Positions 21,165 to 31,995 of a stretch of 64,000 nucleotides of DNA are shown one piece after another. A model generated the notes under the pieces. It made no database searches, had not been told where the DNA came from, and was given only the letters and a program-made list of their open reading frames with translations. Position 1 is the stretch's first letter. Each line of letters opens with the position of its first letter. The translations under genes and the position numbers were made by a program. The stretch comes from Candidatus Pelearchaeum maunauluense (GTDB lineage Archaea; Thermoproteota; Nitrososphaeria_A; Caldarchaeales; Caldarchaeaceae): the NCBI GenBank assembly GCA_030059675.1, contig JANVYQ010000002.1, positions 32,001 through 96,000 on the forward strand. Direction: 5' to 3'.

Positions 21165-21806
21165 CCCTGATCTGTTCCTTCTATACCATGCGCAGAACTC
21201 GTTGACTGGGCAGCGGGAGCACTTGGGGCGGGGTCTCCTGCATATCTCCTTCCCGAAGAGGACGAAGAGCGTGTTTATGAGCGGCCTATCCCATAGCGGC
21301 GTAAGCTCCTCTAGGCTCTTCTTCACAGCCTCATAGTCCCCATCCTCAGGGGCTACCCCAAGACGTTTTGCTACAGTCTCGACGTGGGTGTCTACGGCTA
21401 TCTCAGGCTCTCCATAGGCGAATGAGAGGACGATGTCCGCTGTTTTTGGGCCGACACCGGGGAGACGCATGAGCTCTTCGCGCTTCCTGGGAACTTTACC
21501 GCCCAGCTCAAACGCTATTATCTGCGCCACCTTCTTGATTCGCCGTGCTTTCTGCCTGTAGAACCCCACTTCCCTTATCAGCCGTTCAATAGACCTAACA
21601 TCAGCCCGCGCCAGCTCCTCTGGTGTTTTATATTGTTTGAAGAGCTTGGAGAACGCTGCGTCGGTCTTCTCATCCCGCGTCCTGTGCGAGAGTATAGTCC
21701 CGATGAGTGTTGCGAAGGGGTCTGAGGGCTGTATATGGAGCGGCTTCGTGAGCTTGTAGCGCTTCTTGAGACGTGTAAGAACCTCCATGAAGCTCTCGGA
21801 ATCCAT
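21156..21806 (-). CDS. nth: Endonuclease III
   Basis: LPGVGPKTA HhH motif, AVDTHV, C-x6-C-x2-C-x5-C Fe-S motif. Confidence 0.93.
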   Translation of the reverse strand: MDSESFMEVLTRLKKRYKLTKPLHIQPSDPFATLIGTILSHRTRDEKTDAAFSKLFKQYKTPEELARADVRSIERLIREVGFYRQKARRIKKVAQIIAFELGGKVPRKREELMRLPGVGPKTADIVLSFAYGEPEIAVDTHVETVAKRLGVAPEDGDYEAVKKSLEELTPLWDRPLINTLFVLFGKEICRRPRPKCSRCPVNEFCAWYRRNRSGLG

Positions 21807-21891
21807 CACTCGGAATAACGTCGTTTCTACGTGAGCTAAAAAGTTGGATGGACGACAACCTATAATTAAAGCCGCTATAGCTGTTGGATAC

Positions 21892-22134
21892 ATGAATGTG
21901 CGCATCGTTTACTGCGTCCCCTGTGGGCACCTCCCGACGGCTCTGGAGCTTTCGCAGCAGCTCCTCTCAAGGTATGGGCAGAGGCTTAACAAGAAGTTCT
22001 CGGTAACGCTAGACACTTCGGATGGTGGGACGTTTGAGGTGTATATTGACGGTGAGCGTGTCTTCTCCCGCCACGAGGCTAAGCGCTTCCCAACCGCTGA
22101 TGAAATCGCAGCGCGTATTGAGGAGCGCCTCTAG
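21892..22134 (+). CDS. SelT/SelW/Rdx family redox protein
   Basis: IVYCVPCG, GGTFEV, RFP. Confidence 0.85.
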   Translation: MNVRIVYCVPCGHLPTALELSQQLLSRYGQRLNKKFSVTLDTSDGGTFEVYIDGERVFSRHEAKRFPTADEIAARIEERL

Positions 22135-22186
22135 GATATGGCCAAAGGTATATAGCTGGCCAAGCGGCACGTATTACTGAAGGGGG

Positions 22187-22294
22187 TTGGCCGAGGCCAA
22201 GTTAGACGAGTGCCCAAGATGCCACGCCGAGGTGCCGACTGACGCGATACGCTGCCCCAGATGCGGGCTATGCATAGCCTGCTCTAGCCAGTAA
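22187..22294 (+). CDS. Small Cys-rich zinc-ribbon protein (35 aa, not in the ORF track)
   Basis: MAEAKLDECPRCHAEVPTDAIRCPRCGLCIACSSQ; TATA-like GTATATAG upstream, G-rich stretch before the TTG. Confidence 0.6.
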   Translation: MAEAKLDECPRCHAEVPTDAIRCPRCGLCIACSSQ

Positions 22295-22359
22295 TATCAA
22301 ATATCCACCTCTTCTAGTTAAGGGTATTATTCTCGCCCAGCCTGGGGGGCGGGTAGCTA

Positions 22360-25008
22360 ATGACACAAGTCGCAGCCTACTCTTTCGTTGATAAGCCGTT
22401 TAGCGACGAGGAGAGTCTAGCGGCGCTAGAGAGCTACGTACGCGAGTGGTTTATGAGAACCTTCAAGGAGCTTACGCCACCGCAGCGCTACTCGTTCAAG
22501 CTGATAGCTGACGGTCATAACGTTATAATCACAGCGCCGACTGGAAGTGGGAAAACCCTGGCTGGCTTCATGAGTATATTGAGCAAGCTCTTTAAGATGG
22601 GTGAGCAGCGCCAGCTCACCGAGAGCGTTTATTGCATCTACGTAAGCCCTCTCAAAGCACTGGATAATGATGTAAAGAAGAACTTGATGCAGCCGCTTAT
22701 AGAGATACGCGAGATAGCTGCGGAGATGGGGATAGAGCTGCCTGAGATAAAGATAGCAGTCAGGACGAGTGATGTAGCTGGCTCGGAGAAGCAGCGCCAG
22801 CTAAAGGAGCCACCCCACATCCTGATAACCACGCCAGAGAGTCTAGCAATCCTCCTCAACGCCCCCAAGTTCGCGGAGAAGCTGCGTACTGTGCAGTGGG
22901 TAATCGTTGACGAGATACACGAGCTAGCTGGCAGTAAAAGGGGCGCTCACCTCTCGCTAAGCCTTGAGCGACTGCGGGAAGCAGTAGGAAAGGACTTCAT
23001 ACGCATAGGGCTGGGCGCCACACTACACCCGCTTGAAGAGGCCGCGCGCTTCCTAGTAGGCTACGACGACACAGGAAGACCAAGACCATGCAAGATAGTC
23101 GATGTAACATGGTATAAGCCGCTCCAACTGATGGTAAAAACACCTGTCAAGGATATTGTCCACGCATCGGCGGATGAGATTAACGAAGCCCTCTACAGAC
23201 TCCTGGATAAGCTGATAACAAAACACAGGACGACGCTCATCTTCACCAACACCCGCTCAGGAACTGAGAGGGTCGTCTATAACTTGAAGGAGAGGTGGCC
23301 TGATAAGTATAATGACTCAACGATAGGCGCTCATCATGGCTCGCTCTCGCGCGAGATTAGGCTAGATATTGAGGATAGGCTGAAGCGGGGCGAGCTTAAG
23401 GCTGTTGTCTGCTCCACATCCCTTGAGCTGGGTATTGATGTGGGCTACATAGACCTGGTTGTTCAGGTAGGCTCGCCCAAGAGCATAACTAGGGCTGTTC
23501 AACGCATAGGGAGAAGCGGCCACCGCTTCGGCGACACCGCACGCGGCGTGATAATAGCGATGGATAGAGACGACATAGTAGAGTGCGCAGTCATGCTAAA
23601 ATGCGCACTAGAGAGGAGGCTGGACGAGATAAAAATACCAACAAACTGCCTAGATGTCCTGGCACAACATATAGTCGGCATGGCGCTCACACGCAAATGG
23701 AGCGTTGACGAAGCGTTCAGGCTGGTACGCCGCTCATACAACTACCGCTACCTAGACAAAGAAACCTTCATCAGCCTCCTCAAATACCTAGCAGGACATT
23801 ATGCCGAGCTTGAGGATAGAAGCGTCTATGGAAAGATATGGTTTGACGAGAAAAACATGATGTTCGGTAAACGAGGAAAATACACCAGAATAATATACTA
23901 CCTAAACATAGGGACAATCCCCGACGAGGTTAAGGTTGATGTCTATCTCCTGCCAGATAAGCGCTACATAGGCTCCATAGAGGAAGAATTCTTAGAGCGT
24001 CTAAGGCCTGGAGACATCTTCGTCCTAGGCGGCAGGATGTATAGGTTCAGATATGCACGGAGCATGAGCTGCTATGTTGAGAAGCCACCCAAGGATAGCC
24101 TCCCGACAATACCCGCGTGGTTCTCCGAGCTACTCCCACTAAGCTTCGAGCTGGCGCTGGAGATACAGGACTTTAGGGAGGAGTTCAAAGCGACGCTACA
24201 GGCTGGGAAGACGAAGAAGGAGATAGTGGCGTGGCTTCTCAGAAGATTCCCAATAGAGAGACACACAGCCGAGGCAATATACAACTATTACAGGGAGCAC
24301 TACAGATACACGGGTGGCAAGCTACCTGGACGCGATGAGATTCTAATAGAGACTACCTCAGACCTTCAGGAAAGGCGTTTCATAGTCTTCCACGCCCTCT
24401 ATGGGCGGAGAGTTAACGACGCCCTCTCTCGCGCGGCAGCCATACTCACGTCAGACCAGATAGGCAGGAACGTGGGGGTTATAGTAAGCGATAACGGCTT
24501 TGCCCTACACATACCGCAGGACGCTAGGGTTGACGTGGAGAGACTCCTTAGAGAACTAGCTTCATGCGACTTGGAAGAGCTGCTTAAGCGAAACATACGG
24601 AGAACGGAGATGATGAAGAGAAGATTTAGACACTGTGCAGCGCGTAGCTTCCTCATACTCCGAAACTACAAAGGATACAAGATAAGCGTAAGCAAGCAGC
24701 AGACAAACGCCCAGACCTTGCTCAATGTATGCGAAGAGGTCAATCCGAACTTTCCCGTTATTGTGGAAACCTATCGCGAGATACTGCGGGACGTGATGGA
24801 CTTGGAGAGGGCGAAGCTTGTCCAGGAATGGCTCAGGACAGGCAGGGTGAAGAGCATGCTAATCAAGACCGAGGTCCCCACACCCTTAGCGCATAACCTT
24901 ATAGTCCTGGGAGACGCCGACATAGTGTTGATGGAGGATCGTAAGAAGAGGCTCCTCCAGCTGCATGAGGCTGTGATGAGGAAGATTAGGCTTGCGGCAC
25001 GCTCTTAA
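22360..25008 (+). CDS. lhr: Lhr-family ATP-dependent helicase
   Basis: APTGSGKT, DEIH, HHGSLS, QRIGRSGH, GTIPDE. Confidence 0.93.
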   Translation: MTQVAAYSFVDKPFSDEESLAALESYVREWFMRTFKELTPPQRYSFKLIADGHNVIITAPTGSGKTLAGFMSILSKLFKMGEQRQLTESVYCIYVSPLKALDNDVKKNLMQPLIEIREIAAEMGIELPEIKIAVRTSDVAGSEKQRQLKEPPHILITTPESLAILLNAPKFAEKLRTVQWVIVDEIHELAGSKRGAHLSLSLERLREAVGKDFIRIGLGATLHPLEEAARFLVGYDDTGRPRPCKIVDVTWYKPLQLMVKTPVKDIVHASADEINEALYRLLDKLITKHRTTLIFTNTRSGTERVVYNLKERWPDKYNDSTIGAHHGSLSREIRLDIEDRLKRGELKAVVCSTSLELGIDVGYIDLVVQVGSPKSITRAVQRIGRSGHRFGDTARGVIIAMDRDDIVECAVMLKCALERRLDEIKIPTNCLDVLAQHIVGMALTRKWSVDEAFRLVRRSYNYRYLDKETFISLLKYLAGHYAELEDRSVYGKIWFDEKNMMFGKRGKYTRIIYYLNIGTIPDEVKVDVYLLPDKRYIGSIEEEFLERLRPGDIFVLGGRMYRFRYARSMSCYVEKPPKDSLPTIPAWFSELLPLSFELALEIQDFREEFKATLQAGKTKKEIVAWLLRRFPIERHTAEAIYNYYREHYRYTGGKLPGRDEILIETTSDLQERRFIVFHALYGRRVNDALSRAAAILTSDQIGRNVGVIVSDNGFALHIPQDARVDVERLLRELASCDLEELLKRNIRRTEMMKRRFRHCAARSFLILRNYKGYKISVSKQQTNAQTLLNVCEEVNPNFPVIVETYREILRDVMDLERAKLVQEWLRTGRVKSMLIKTEVPTPLAHNLIVLGDADIVLMEDRKKRLLQLHEAVMRKIRLAARS

Positions 25009-25021
25009 TAGTCTCACGATA

Positions 25022-25765
25022 ATGGGCGTGGTGGAGCTGGTCGCGCCCTATCCAGCGATATACATACCAGAGATAGACACTCTAGCAATATCAGACCTAC
25101 ACCTCGGCTACGAGGGGGTTATGGCCGAGGAGGCTGGGCTAATGATACCGAAGACACAGTTCAAGAAGGAGATGCAGGCTCTCAGGGAGATTGAGAAGCG
25201 CGTCAAGGCAAGGAGGATAGTATTGAACGGCGACATAAAGCATGAGTTCTCCTCAACAAGCTACCACGAGTCAAGGGAGGTGTCGGACATGCTTGAGCAT
25301 CTCCAGCAGGAGTATGAGGAGGTTATAATTGTTAAGGGGAACCATGATAACTTCATAGCAAGAATAACCTCGCGATACAGGGTTAAGCTGGTTGAGGAGT
25401 TTCTTGATGGCAGGTATTATTTTGTTCATGGCCATGAAATACCTGAAGGGTTCGCCTTAAAGGGCGAGGTTGTGGTAATAGGGCATGAGCATCCAGCAAT
25501 AGCGTTATATGATGATGTGGGAGCTAAGGAGAAGATACCCTGCATACTCTATGGGGATATGCTTGACGGTAGGAAGATAATAGTCCTGCCAGCCTTCTCC
25601 ATACTTGCGCAGGGGAGTGAGGTGAATATGATACCCCGCGAGGAGCTTCTCTCACCAATACTCAGACAATACGTGGATGTGGATTCGCTAAACGTGATGA
25701 GCGTAGGCCCAGATGTTGGGTGCATCTCCTTTCCGAAACTCGGCCTGCTACGCGGCGTACACTGA
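25022..25765 (+). CDS. Lhr-associated metallophosphoesterase
   Basis: DLHLG, GDIKH, GNHD, HGH, GHEHP. Confidence 0.9.
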   Translation: MGVVELVAPYPAIYIPEIDTLAISDLHLGYEGVMAEEAGLMIPKTQFKKEMQALREIEKRVKARRIVLNGDIKHEFSSTSYHESREVSDMLEHLQQEYEEVIIVKGNHDNFIARITSRYRVKLVEEFLDGRYYFVHGHEIPEGFALKGEVVVIGHEHPAIALYDDVGAKEKIPCILYGDMLDGRKIIVLPAFSILAQGSEVNMIPREELLSPILRQYVDVDSLNVMSVGPDVGCISFPKLGLLRGVH

Positions 25766-25840
25766 AGAATCTGAATAGTGGAATTCTTCCAATATGCGTT
25801 GTTTAAGCCTTTTTGCAGGCATTCCAACCTTTTATGTGGA

Positions 25841-26149
25841 ATGGAGTCTGAAACAGCCCCCCGATGCCGCGACTGCCACTAATGGCATCCCTACGACCTC
25901 CTGCCCTTCATGGGTGAGTGTTCCAACCCTTCCAGCATACGTTTCAAGAGCGTGGTATTCCAAGACAATATTGCTGGAAACTGCTTCACGGAGAGAAGCC
26001 TAGAATCGCTGGATTTCGTATGGTGCATGACATGCAGGAGAACCATACCACTAAACGAGCTCCCACTACATTCAAGCCATGAACTCTTCGTCGATGCCGC
26101 GCGGCTGCCTGTTGAGGATTTGTACGAGATGACATTTGCAGGCGACTAA
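25841..26149 (+). pseudogene. Cys/His-rich hypothetical protein with an in-frame TAA at 25880
   Basis: MESETAPRCRDCH*WHPYDLLPFMGEC... continues in frame into the 25910 ORF. Confidence 0.55.
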
Positions 26150-26162
26150 GTGGGGGGTGTAT

Positions 26163-26708
26163 ATGTTTGAGCTGGTCTTCTACGGCAGGGGAGGACAGGG
26201 GTTGTTACTGCCTCTAGGCTCTTGGCTGAAGCTGCCCTGATTGAGGGGAAGTATATCCAGGCCTTCCCAGAGTTTGGGCCTGAACGCTCAGGCTCGCCAG
26301 TCAAGTCTTATGTAAGGATATCCGACCCCATGATAGAGACCCATTCGCTCATCTACAGCCCAGATATACTAACCGTGATAGACCGTAGGATAGCTTCCTC
26401 CCCTAATGTATTCTCGCTCTGCAAGGAGGGTGGTCTTGTGGTGCTTAACTCTGTGGAGGTGAGGAGTAAGCCGCGTCATGTTAGGTTGGCTCGTGTTGAT
26501 GCCCGCGGAATAGCGGGCTCGCTGGGAAGTCTTAAGCTGGAGAACACGGCAACCTTGGGAGCCCTGGCAAGAGCTTCTCGTATAGTAGAGTTGGCAGCCT
26601 GGCTAAGGCGTTGGAAAGTAGGTTCGGTGGTGAGGTGCTTGAGAAGAACCTCAAAGCGCTACATGAAGGCTTTAGGGAGGTGATTATGGATGAGCAGAGC
26701 TGAATTAG
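26163..26708 (+). pseudogene. porG: 2-oxoacid:ferredoxin oxidoreductase gamma subunit, frameshifted
   Basis: MFELVFYGRGGQG then a frameshift into VTASRLLAEAA..FPEFGPERSG; second shift near 26598. Confidence 0.8.
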
Positions 26709-26986
26709 GTGAAATCCTGCCAGGAGGGGCTATAGCGGAGCCAGGCTCAACCGCCGAGTTCAAGACAGCAGACTGGAGAAGCAGCAAGCCAGTCTTGATG
26801 GATTTGGAGAAATGCACAGGCTGCCCGCTGTGTTGGATATTCTGCCCAGAGCCCGCTATAGTTAGGAGAGCAGATGGGAAGATTGAGTTTGACTACTATC
26901 ACTGTAAGGGCTGCGGCATCTGCGCCGCGGAGTGTCCCCTGAAATTGATTGTTATGGTGGAGGAGGCTGGTGACGGGGATGGCTAA
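26690..26986 (+). CDS. porD: 2-oxoacid:ferredoxin oxidoreductase delta subunit
   Basis: KTADWRSSKP, two 4Fe-4S motifs (CTGCPLCWIFCP, CKGCGICAAECP). Confidence 0.9.
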   Translation: MSRAELGEILPGGAIAEPGSTAEFKTADWRSSKPVLMDLEKCTGCPLCWIFCPEPAIVRRADGKIEFDYYHCKGCGICAAECPLKLIVMVEEAGDGDG

Positions 26987-28148
26987 GGCTCTCTCAGGCT
27001 CCGAGGCTGTTGCGCTGGCTGTGAAGCAGGCTAACGTGGATGTGGTGGCAGCATACCCGATAACGCCGCAGACAATAATAGTAGAACGCCTCGCAGAATA
27101 CATAAATAACGGCGAGCTGGACGCAGAGTACGTACCCGTAGAGTCGGAGCACTCAGCACTCTCAGAATGCGCGGCAGCCAGCATGACTGGAGCAAGGGTA
27201 TTCACGGCAACGGCAAGCCAGGGACTAGCCCTAATGCATGACATGATGTACATAGCCGCTGGTCTTAGATGTCCTGTTGTAATGGCTGTAGCGAATAGGG
27301 CGTTGTCCGCGCCAATCAACATACACCGCGACCACTCTGATATTATGGGCTCACGCGACTCTGGTTGGGTTCAGATATTCGTGGAGAATAATCAGCAGGC
27401 CTATGACATGACGCTGGAAGCGTTTAAGCTCGCTGAGGACCATGATATTCTCCTTCCCGTGACCGTCAATATGGATGGGTTCTTCGTATCCCACGCCGTT
27501 GAGGGTGTGGAGACGCTGGACGACTCTAGGGCGGCTGGCTTCCTACCTCCTAGAAAGCCGCTCCACTACCTAGACGCATCTAAACCCATGTCATTCGGAG
27601 CGCTGGCATCTCCAGAATGGTACTACAGGATTAGGCATCAAGTGGTGGAGGCGATGGCGAGAGTTGAGCAGAAGCTGGAAGAGGTTGAGCGGGAGTATCT
27701 GCGTGTGTCTAGAAGGAGCTACGGCGCCCTGGGCTTAAGCCAGGTTGAGAATGCGGAGATTGTGATACTGTGTGCGGGTGCTGTTGCTGGTACTGCGCGC
27801 ACAGCTGCTAGACGGCTGAGGGAGAGAGGCGTGAAGGTTGGCGTAGTGAGCGTGAGGCTCTACAGGCCATTCCCAGCAGAAAAGATAATCCACGCTATAT
27901 CCAACGCTGAAGCCCTCTTAGTCATAGACCTAGCCATGAGCCCAGGCGCCCCATCGGCACCGCTTGGACAGGATATTAAAGCGGCGCTCTTTGACGCTGG
28001 CGTTAGGCTGCCCGTATGGAATGTGGTCTGCGGGCTAGGGGGGAGAGATGTCTCCGAGGCTGAGATAGAGAAGCTCGCGACAACCCTCGCAGAAAGCACC
28101 ACAAGCACACCGCGCGAGAGGATAACATACTGGGGTGTAGCTGTATGA
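26979..28148 (+). CDS. porA: 2-oxoacid:ferredoxin oxidoreductase alpha subunit
   Basis: AYPITPQT, ESEHSA, TATASQGL, GLGGRD. Confidence 0.92.
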   Translation: MAKALSGSEAVALAVKQANVDVVAAYPITPQTIIVERLAEYINNGELDAEYVPVESEHSALSECAAASMTGARVFTATASQGLALMHDMMYIAAGLRCPVVMAVANRALSAPINIHRDHSDIMGSRDSGWVQIFVENNQQAYDMTLEAFKLAEDHDILLPVTVNMDGFFVSHAVEGVETLDDSRAAGFLPPRKPLHYLDASKPMSFGALASPEWYYRIRHQVVEAMARVEQKLEEVEREYLRVSRRSYGALGLSQVENAEIVILCAGAVAGTARTAARRLRERGVKVGVVSVRLYRPFPAEKIIHAISNAEALLVIDLAMSPGAPSAPLGQDIKAALFDAGVRLPVWNVVCGLGGRDVSEAEIEKLATTLAESTTSTPRERITYWGVAV

Positions 28149-29115
28149 CTGTAGTTAAAGAGATAGTCTCCGCGAGAGACCTGTATGGAGAGGAGCTTGT
28201 GGCACCATGCACATCCTTCGACTACGAGGACTACGAGGTCATAGTAGTGGACGACTCAAACGACGAGACGACCAGGAAGCTAGAAGCTTGGAGAGACCAT
28301 CCCAAGGTTAAGATCATACATAGGAGTTGTAGAGAGAGCTGGAAGGGCACGACTTGAATGCAGACGAGAACTGGATAACTAAGGCAACTAACATACTCTT
28401 CGCAACAACATACAAAGTCGAGCTAGAGGCGCGGAGTAGACTGAGGCTATTCATACCTTTGCTGGGAAGCGTATTCATGGTAAGGACAAATATACTGAAG
28501 GACTTGAAGTTTGAACATGACATAACAGAGAACTACAACCTCTCGGTGAGGATGTATCTAAACGGCTATAAAATAGTCTATGACTCGGCCATAGACGCGT
28601 CTGGAGAATGTCCATCAAGGCTACATAGGGTTGCTAGACAGGTTGCGAGATGGGCTGAGGGGACAACGAGGAACTTCAGGAAATATTTCTGGAAGGTGAT
28701 GAGAAGTAACAAGCTTACCATGAGGGAGAAAGCCGAGTTCATGTTATCGGGGCTCTCATACCTCTCCGCTACCCTACTAGTCTTCGCAGTAATAGGTGGA
28801 GTAGTTGTGACGGCCATGATAGATTATGTTCTATCACAGCCACTAACTTACATAAGCGTCATGCTAGCAACGCTGGGCTTGCCAGCAACCATGATAATGC
28901 AAAGCATAGCAATAGCCAAGGAGGGAGAAATCAGAAGACTTACTTGGATACCATACGCTCTAATACTAGGATACCTAATAGCACCAGTATCGGCATACTA
29001 CGCTCTAAAGGGACTAATAAGCAACAACGGAGAATTCCACAGAACATACAAGACAGGACACCTAGTAAACCGTAAATCAGCTGAGATAAGGACCTATTTA
29101 GAATACCCAAAATGA
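28145..29115 (+). pseudogene. Probable porB 5' stub fused to a deleted family-2 glycosyltransferase
   Basis: MTVVKEIVSARDLYGEELVAP switches to EVIVVDDSND; the downstream ORF has a QVARWAEG (QxxRW) motif and TM helices but lacks internal segments. Confidence 0.6.
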
Positions 29116-29190
29116 TAAATAAAGCCATCAGCCATTATAAGTTGCTTCCGTCATGAAGTCAAAATCCGGCATTTATCAGGTGTAGCCTCC

Positions 29191-30027
29191 ATGGGCGAAG
29201 AGGTTACGAAGGCTTACGCAGTAAAGGTCGTCGGCAGGGTGCAGAGGGTTGGCTATAGACGCCTCATTCTTGAGGCCGCTCAAGAGCTCGGCTTGGCTGG
29301 CTACGTTAAGAACGAGAGAGATGGATCGGTCACGGTCTTCGTTCAAGGCAGTGAGGAGAACATAGCGAGATTCCTCAAGTTGATAAAGTCTCCTCCACCG
29401 CCTGCCGTAGTCAAGACATTTACGGAGAAGCTAACCAAGCCTAAGCCCCAGCTCAAAGCCTTCACGATAAAGTTCGGCACAATACAGGAGGAGTTACAGG
29501 AGGGCTTTGGCGCCATGCAGAGTATCTTCATGGACTACTGGGGGGAGTTCAGGGATTACAGACAAGAGTTCAGAGACTTCAGGCAGGAGTTCAGGGGATT
29601 CCTGTCTGACTTCAGCGACTACAGACAGGAATTTAGGGACTTCAGGCAGGAGTTCAGGGATTACAGACAAGAGTTCAGAGACTTCAGGCAGGAGTTCAGG
29701 GGATTCCTGTCTGACTTCAGCGACTACAGACAGGAATTTAGGGACTTCAGGCAGGAGTTCAAAGACTTTAGAGAGGAGCTCAGGGATTATAGGCAGGAAT
29801 TCAAAAGCTTTGCATCGGAGTTTAGAGATTACAGGGAGGAGTTCAGGGAGTTCGCAAAAAGGACGAACGAGAACTTTAAGCTAATCCTCGAGAAATACGG
29901 CGAGATCTCCGATAAGCTAACAGTTATCCTAGACACGCTAGTGAAGGAGTCGAAGGAGACTAGGGATAGGCTCGCCGAAGCAATACAGCTACTAAGACAA
30001 GCAATAGATAAGATCACTAAGGAATAG
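29191..30027 (+). CDS. Acylphosphatase domain fused to a heptad-repeat coiled coil
   Basis: GRVQRVGYR...GYVKNERDGSV, then (E/D)F(R/S)D(Y/F)RQ heptads. Confidence 0.85.
   Translation: MGEEVTKAYAVKVVGRVQRVGYRRLILEAAQELGLAGYVKNERDGSVTVFVQGSEENIARFLKLIKSPPPPAVVKTFTEKLTKPKPQLKAFTIKFGTIQEELQEGFGAMQSIFMDYWGEFRDYRQEFRDFRQEFRGFLSDFSDYRQEFRDFRQEFRDYRQEFRDFRQEFRGFLSDFSDYRQEFRDFRQEFKDFREELRDYRQEFKSFASEFRDYREEFREFAKRTNENFKLILEKYGEISDKLTVILDTLVKESKETRDRLAEAIQLLRQAIDKITKE
29545..29850 (+). repeat. 21-bp coding tandem repeat containing an exact 105-bp duplication (29545-29649 = 29650-29754)
   Basis: GAGTTCAGGGATTACAGACAA-type units read directly from the sequence. Confidence 0.9.
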
Positions 30028-30571
30028 ACTTATAATGGTACCAATGCAAAAGACCATTAACCAATTCTTCAAAAACCACGATAATACATTCTATTATTCC
30101 TCAATATTCGGCACGGCCTTGACGTTGCGCTTAATCCCAGAGCTTAAAATTTATCCATTCCCCATAGGCTATGAAACTATAACGTACTATGCTCCTTTCT
30201 TGCAGCACGGCCCGACGAATTTTCAATCCATATTTTGGGATACATTACATACTGAAGGCCGAGGTGGTCTTAGGGTTCAGCGATTTCTCAGCACTCAAAG
30301 TGAGCGCGCCCCTCCTCAGACTTCCTCCTAAGCGATTCTTCCCAGTCTTTATTGGTTTTAACTGGCTCTCCAGTAATGAGGAGATACGAAGATACATTCT
30401 ACAGGTGCTGGTCAATCCTGATCAAGTCCATTATGATGTTGAGAGAGGTGATGTAAGATATTTCCTGCGTAAGGTTAATGATAGGTTTCTCTGCGTAATA
30501 ACTGTGGCCACGGAAGCTGTGACCGCATACCTTATGCGCGAGCGCAAGTACTGTAGATATAAGGAGAGACG

Positions 30572-30751
30572 ATGGCGCTGACGATATTCAGCGAGGCCGA
30601 GAAGGTCAAGGAGCTGGTAGAGAGGCTGGAGGAGCAGAAGAAGGAGCTCGAGGAGAAGGAGAGAAGGCTTGAAGAGGAGAAGTTCCTGGAGATGGCCAGG
30701 GCCTTGGAGAGGATGCAGAAGGAGATAGACAGGCTGGCCAGGGGCGGTTGA
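30572..30751 (+). CDS. Small charged coiled-coil protein (59 aa)
   Basis: MALTIFSEAEKVKELVERLEEQKKELEEKERR...; AGGAG upstream; follows a toxin-like fragment (LCVITVATEAVTAY). Confidence 0.55.
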   Translation: MALTIFSEAEKVKELVERLEEQKKELEEKERRLEEEKFLEMARALERMQKEIDRLARGG

Positions 30752-31509
30752 CGCGGCTAGGGCGTCGCACACATCTTTCCATTACCGCAGCGGTAATCGT
30801 TTTTCCTTGCCATTTTTTCACATATTGGGATCGTACCTTCCAAAATCTTGTTCCCACTTTATGGGTTTTGTTCGGCTAGCCGAAAAGAAATTACGATCGG
30901 TCGTAAAATCAAGCTAGCCTTTCCCCTCCTTCTTTGGAGGGGCTATCATCCCCACCTTGGCCAAGCCTTGAAGTATCTTCGTGTTGTAGTACCTCTGGAG
31001 CTGCCCTGGGTGAGCAGGGACATGAGCACGCGGTTGTCCGCTATCATTTCGTCCAGCGCGCTCTTCAGCTGATATGCTCCCTAGAGTTAAAACGCCAACG
31101 ATTACGTTTTCACATAATCACTTTTCTTTAGAGCTTCCTCCACCACATCGGGAATCTCCACAACCGCTACAGCCTCATACTTCAAAGCCTCACCTCCTAC
31201 CCCCATCTCTAGGACCGATACTGGATTCACAATTAAGGTTTCCGAAGCATATGGGTGTCAGGCTAATCGTTCTTCCAGTATGCTTTAACACCTGTTCGCT
31301 TGGCAAAGAGCCCCACAACAAGCTCGTCCTAGCACCACCATCGGCGAGGGCATTGTTGGTAGAATAGTTGTTCCTCGTGCAGGTCAACCTAACTACCACC
31401 TTTACAAAACCATAATCTTACCACCATACTTTAGTAGATTTCTACATACGCTGTCTAGGCATCAACGTTTTATATCCTGGCTTGACCACTATATAGCTGG
31501 GGTAGAGCA

Positions 31510-31995
31510 TTGGAAGCGATCATGGTTACGTTGCCTGAGAGGGTTTTGAGGGAGCTGAGTAAGAAAGCTGAGTCCGAGGGTGGAACTTTGGAGGAGATCC
31601 TTAATGAAGCTGTTCTCAACTACTGCGACGTTAGGGATCCTGAGGTTAGGGCTGAGAGCCACTTAAAGCTTTCCGAGAAGTATCTCAGGGAGTGTGAGGA
31701 ATTCTTAGCGAGGGGGGATTATGCTCAGGCCTCCGAGAAGGCTTGGGGAGCGGCGTCTCAGATGGTGAAGGCGATTGCCGCGAGAAGGGGGATGGAGATA
31801 AGGAGCCACGGGGAGCTACATAGGTTTGTCAAAAGGCTTAGGGAGGAGTTCAGAGATGAACAGGTCTCAACATTTTGGCTATCAGCGGTGTCGCTGCACC
31901 AGAACTTCTACGAAAACTGGCTGCCTGAGGATATGGTTAGAGACGGGGTAGAAAACGTTAAGAAGCTTGTTGAAAGATTAAAGAGGGTTATCTAA
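31510..31995 (+). CDS. PaREP1 family protein
   Basis: GDYAQASEKAWGAA, LHQNFYE. Confidence 0.9.
   Translation: MEAIMVTLPERVLRELSKKAESEGGTLEEILNEAVLNYCDVRDPEVRAESHLKLSEKYLRECEEFLARGDYAQASEKAWGAASQMVKAIAARRGMEIRSHGELHRFVKRLREEFRDEQVSTFWLSAVSLHQNFYENWLPEDMVRDGVENVKKLVERLKRVI

Noticed and set aside
29545-29850. CRISPR or other non-coding repeat
   Set aside because: The 21-bp period is in frame within a CDS and encodes heptads.
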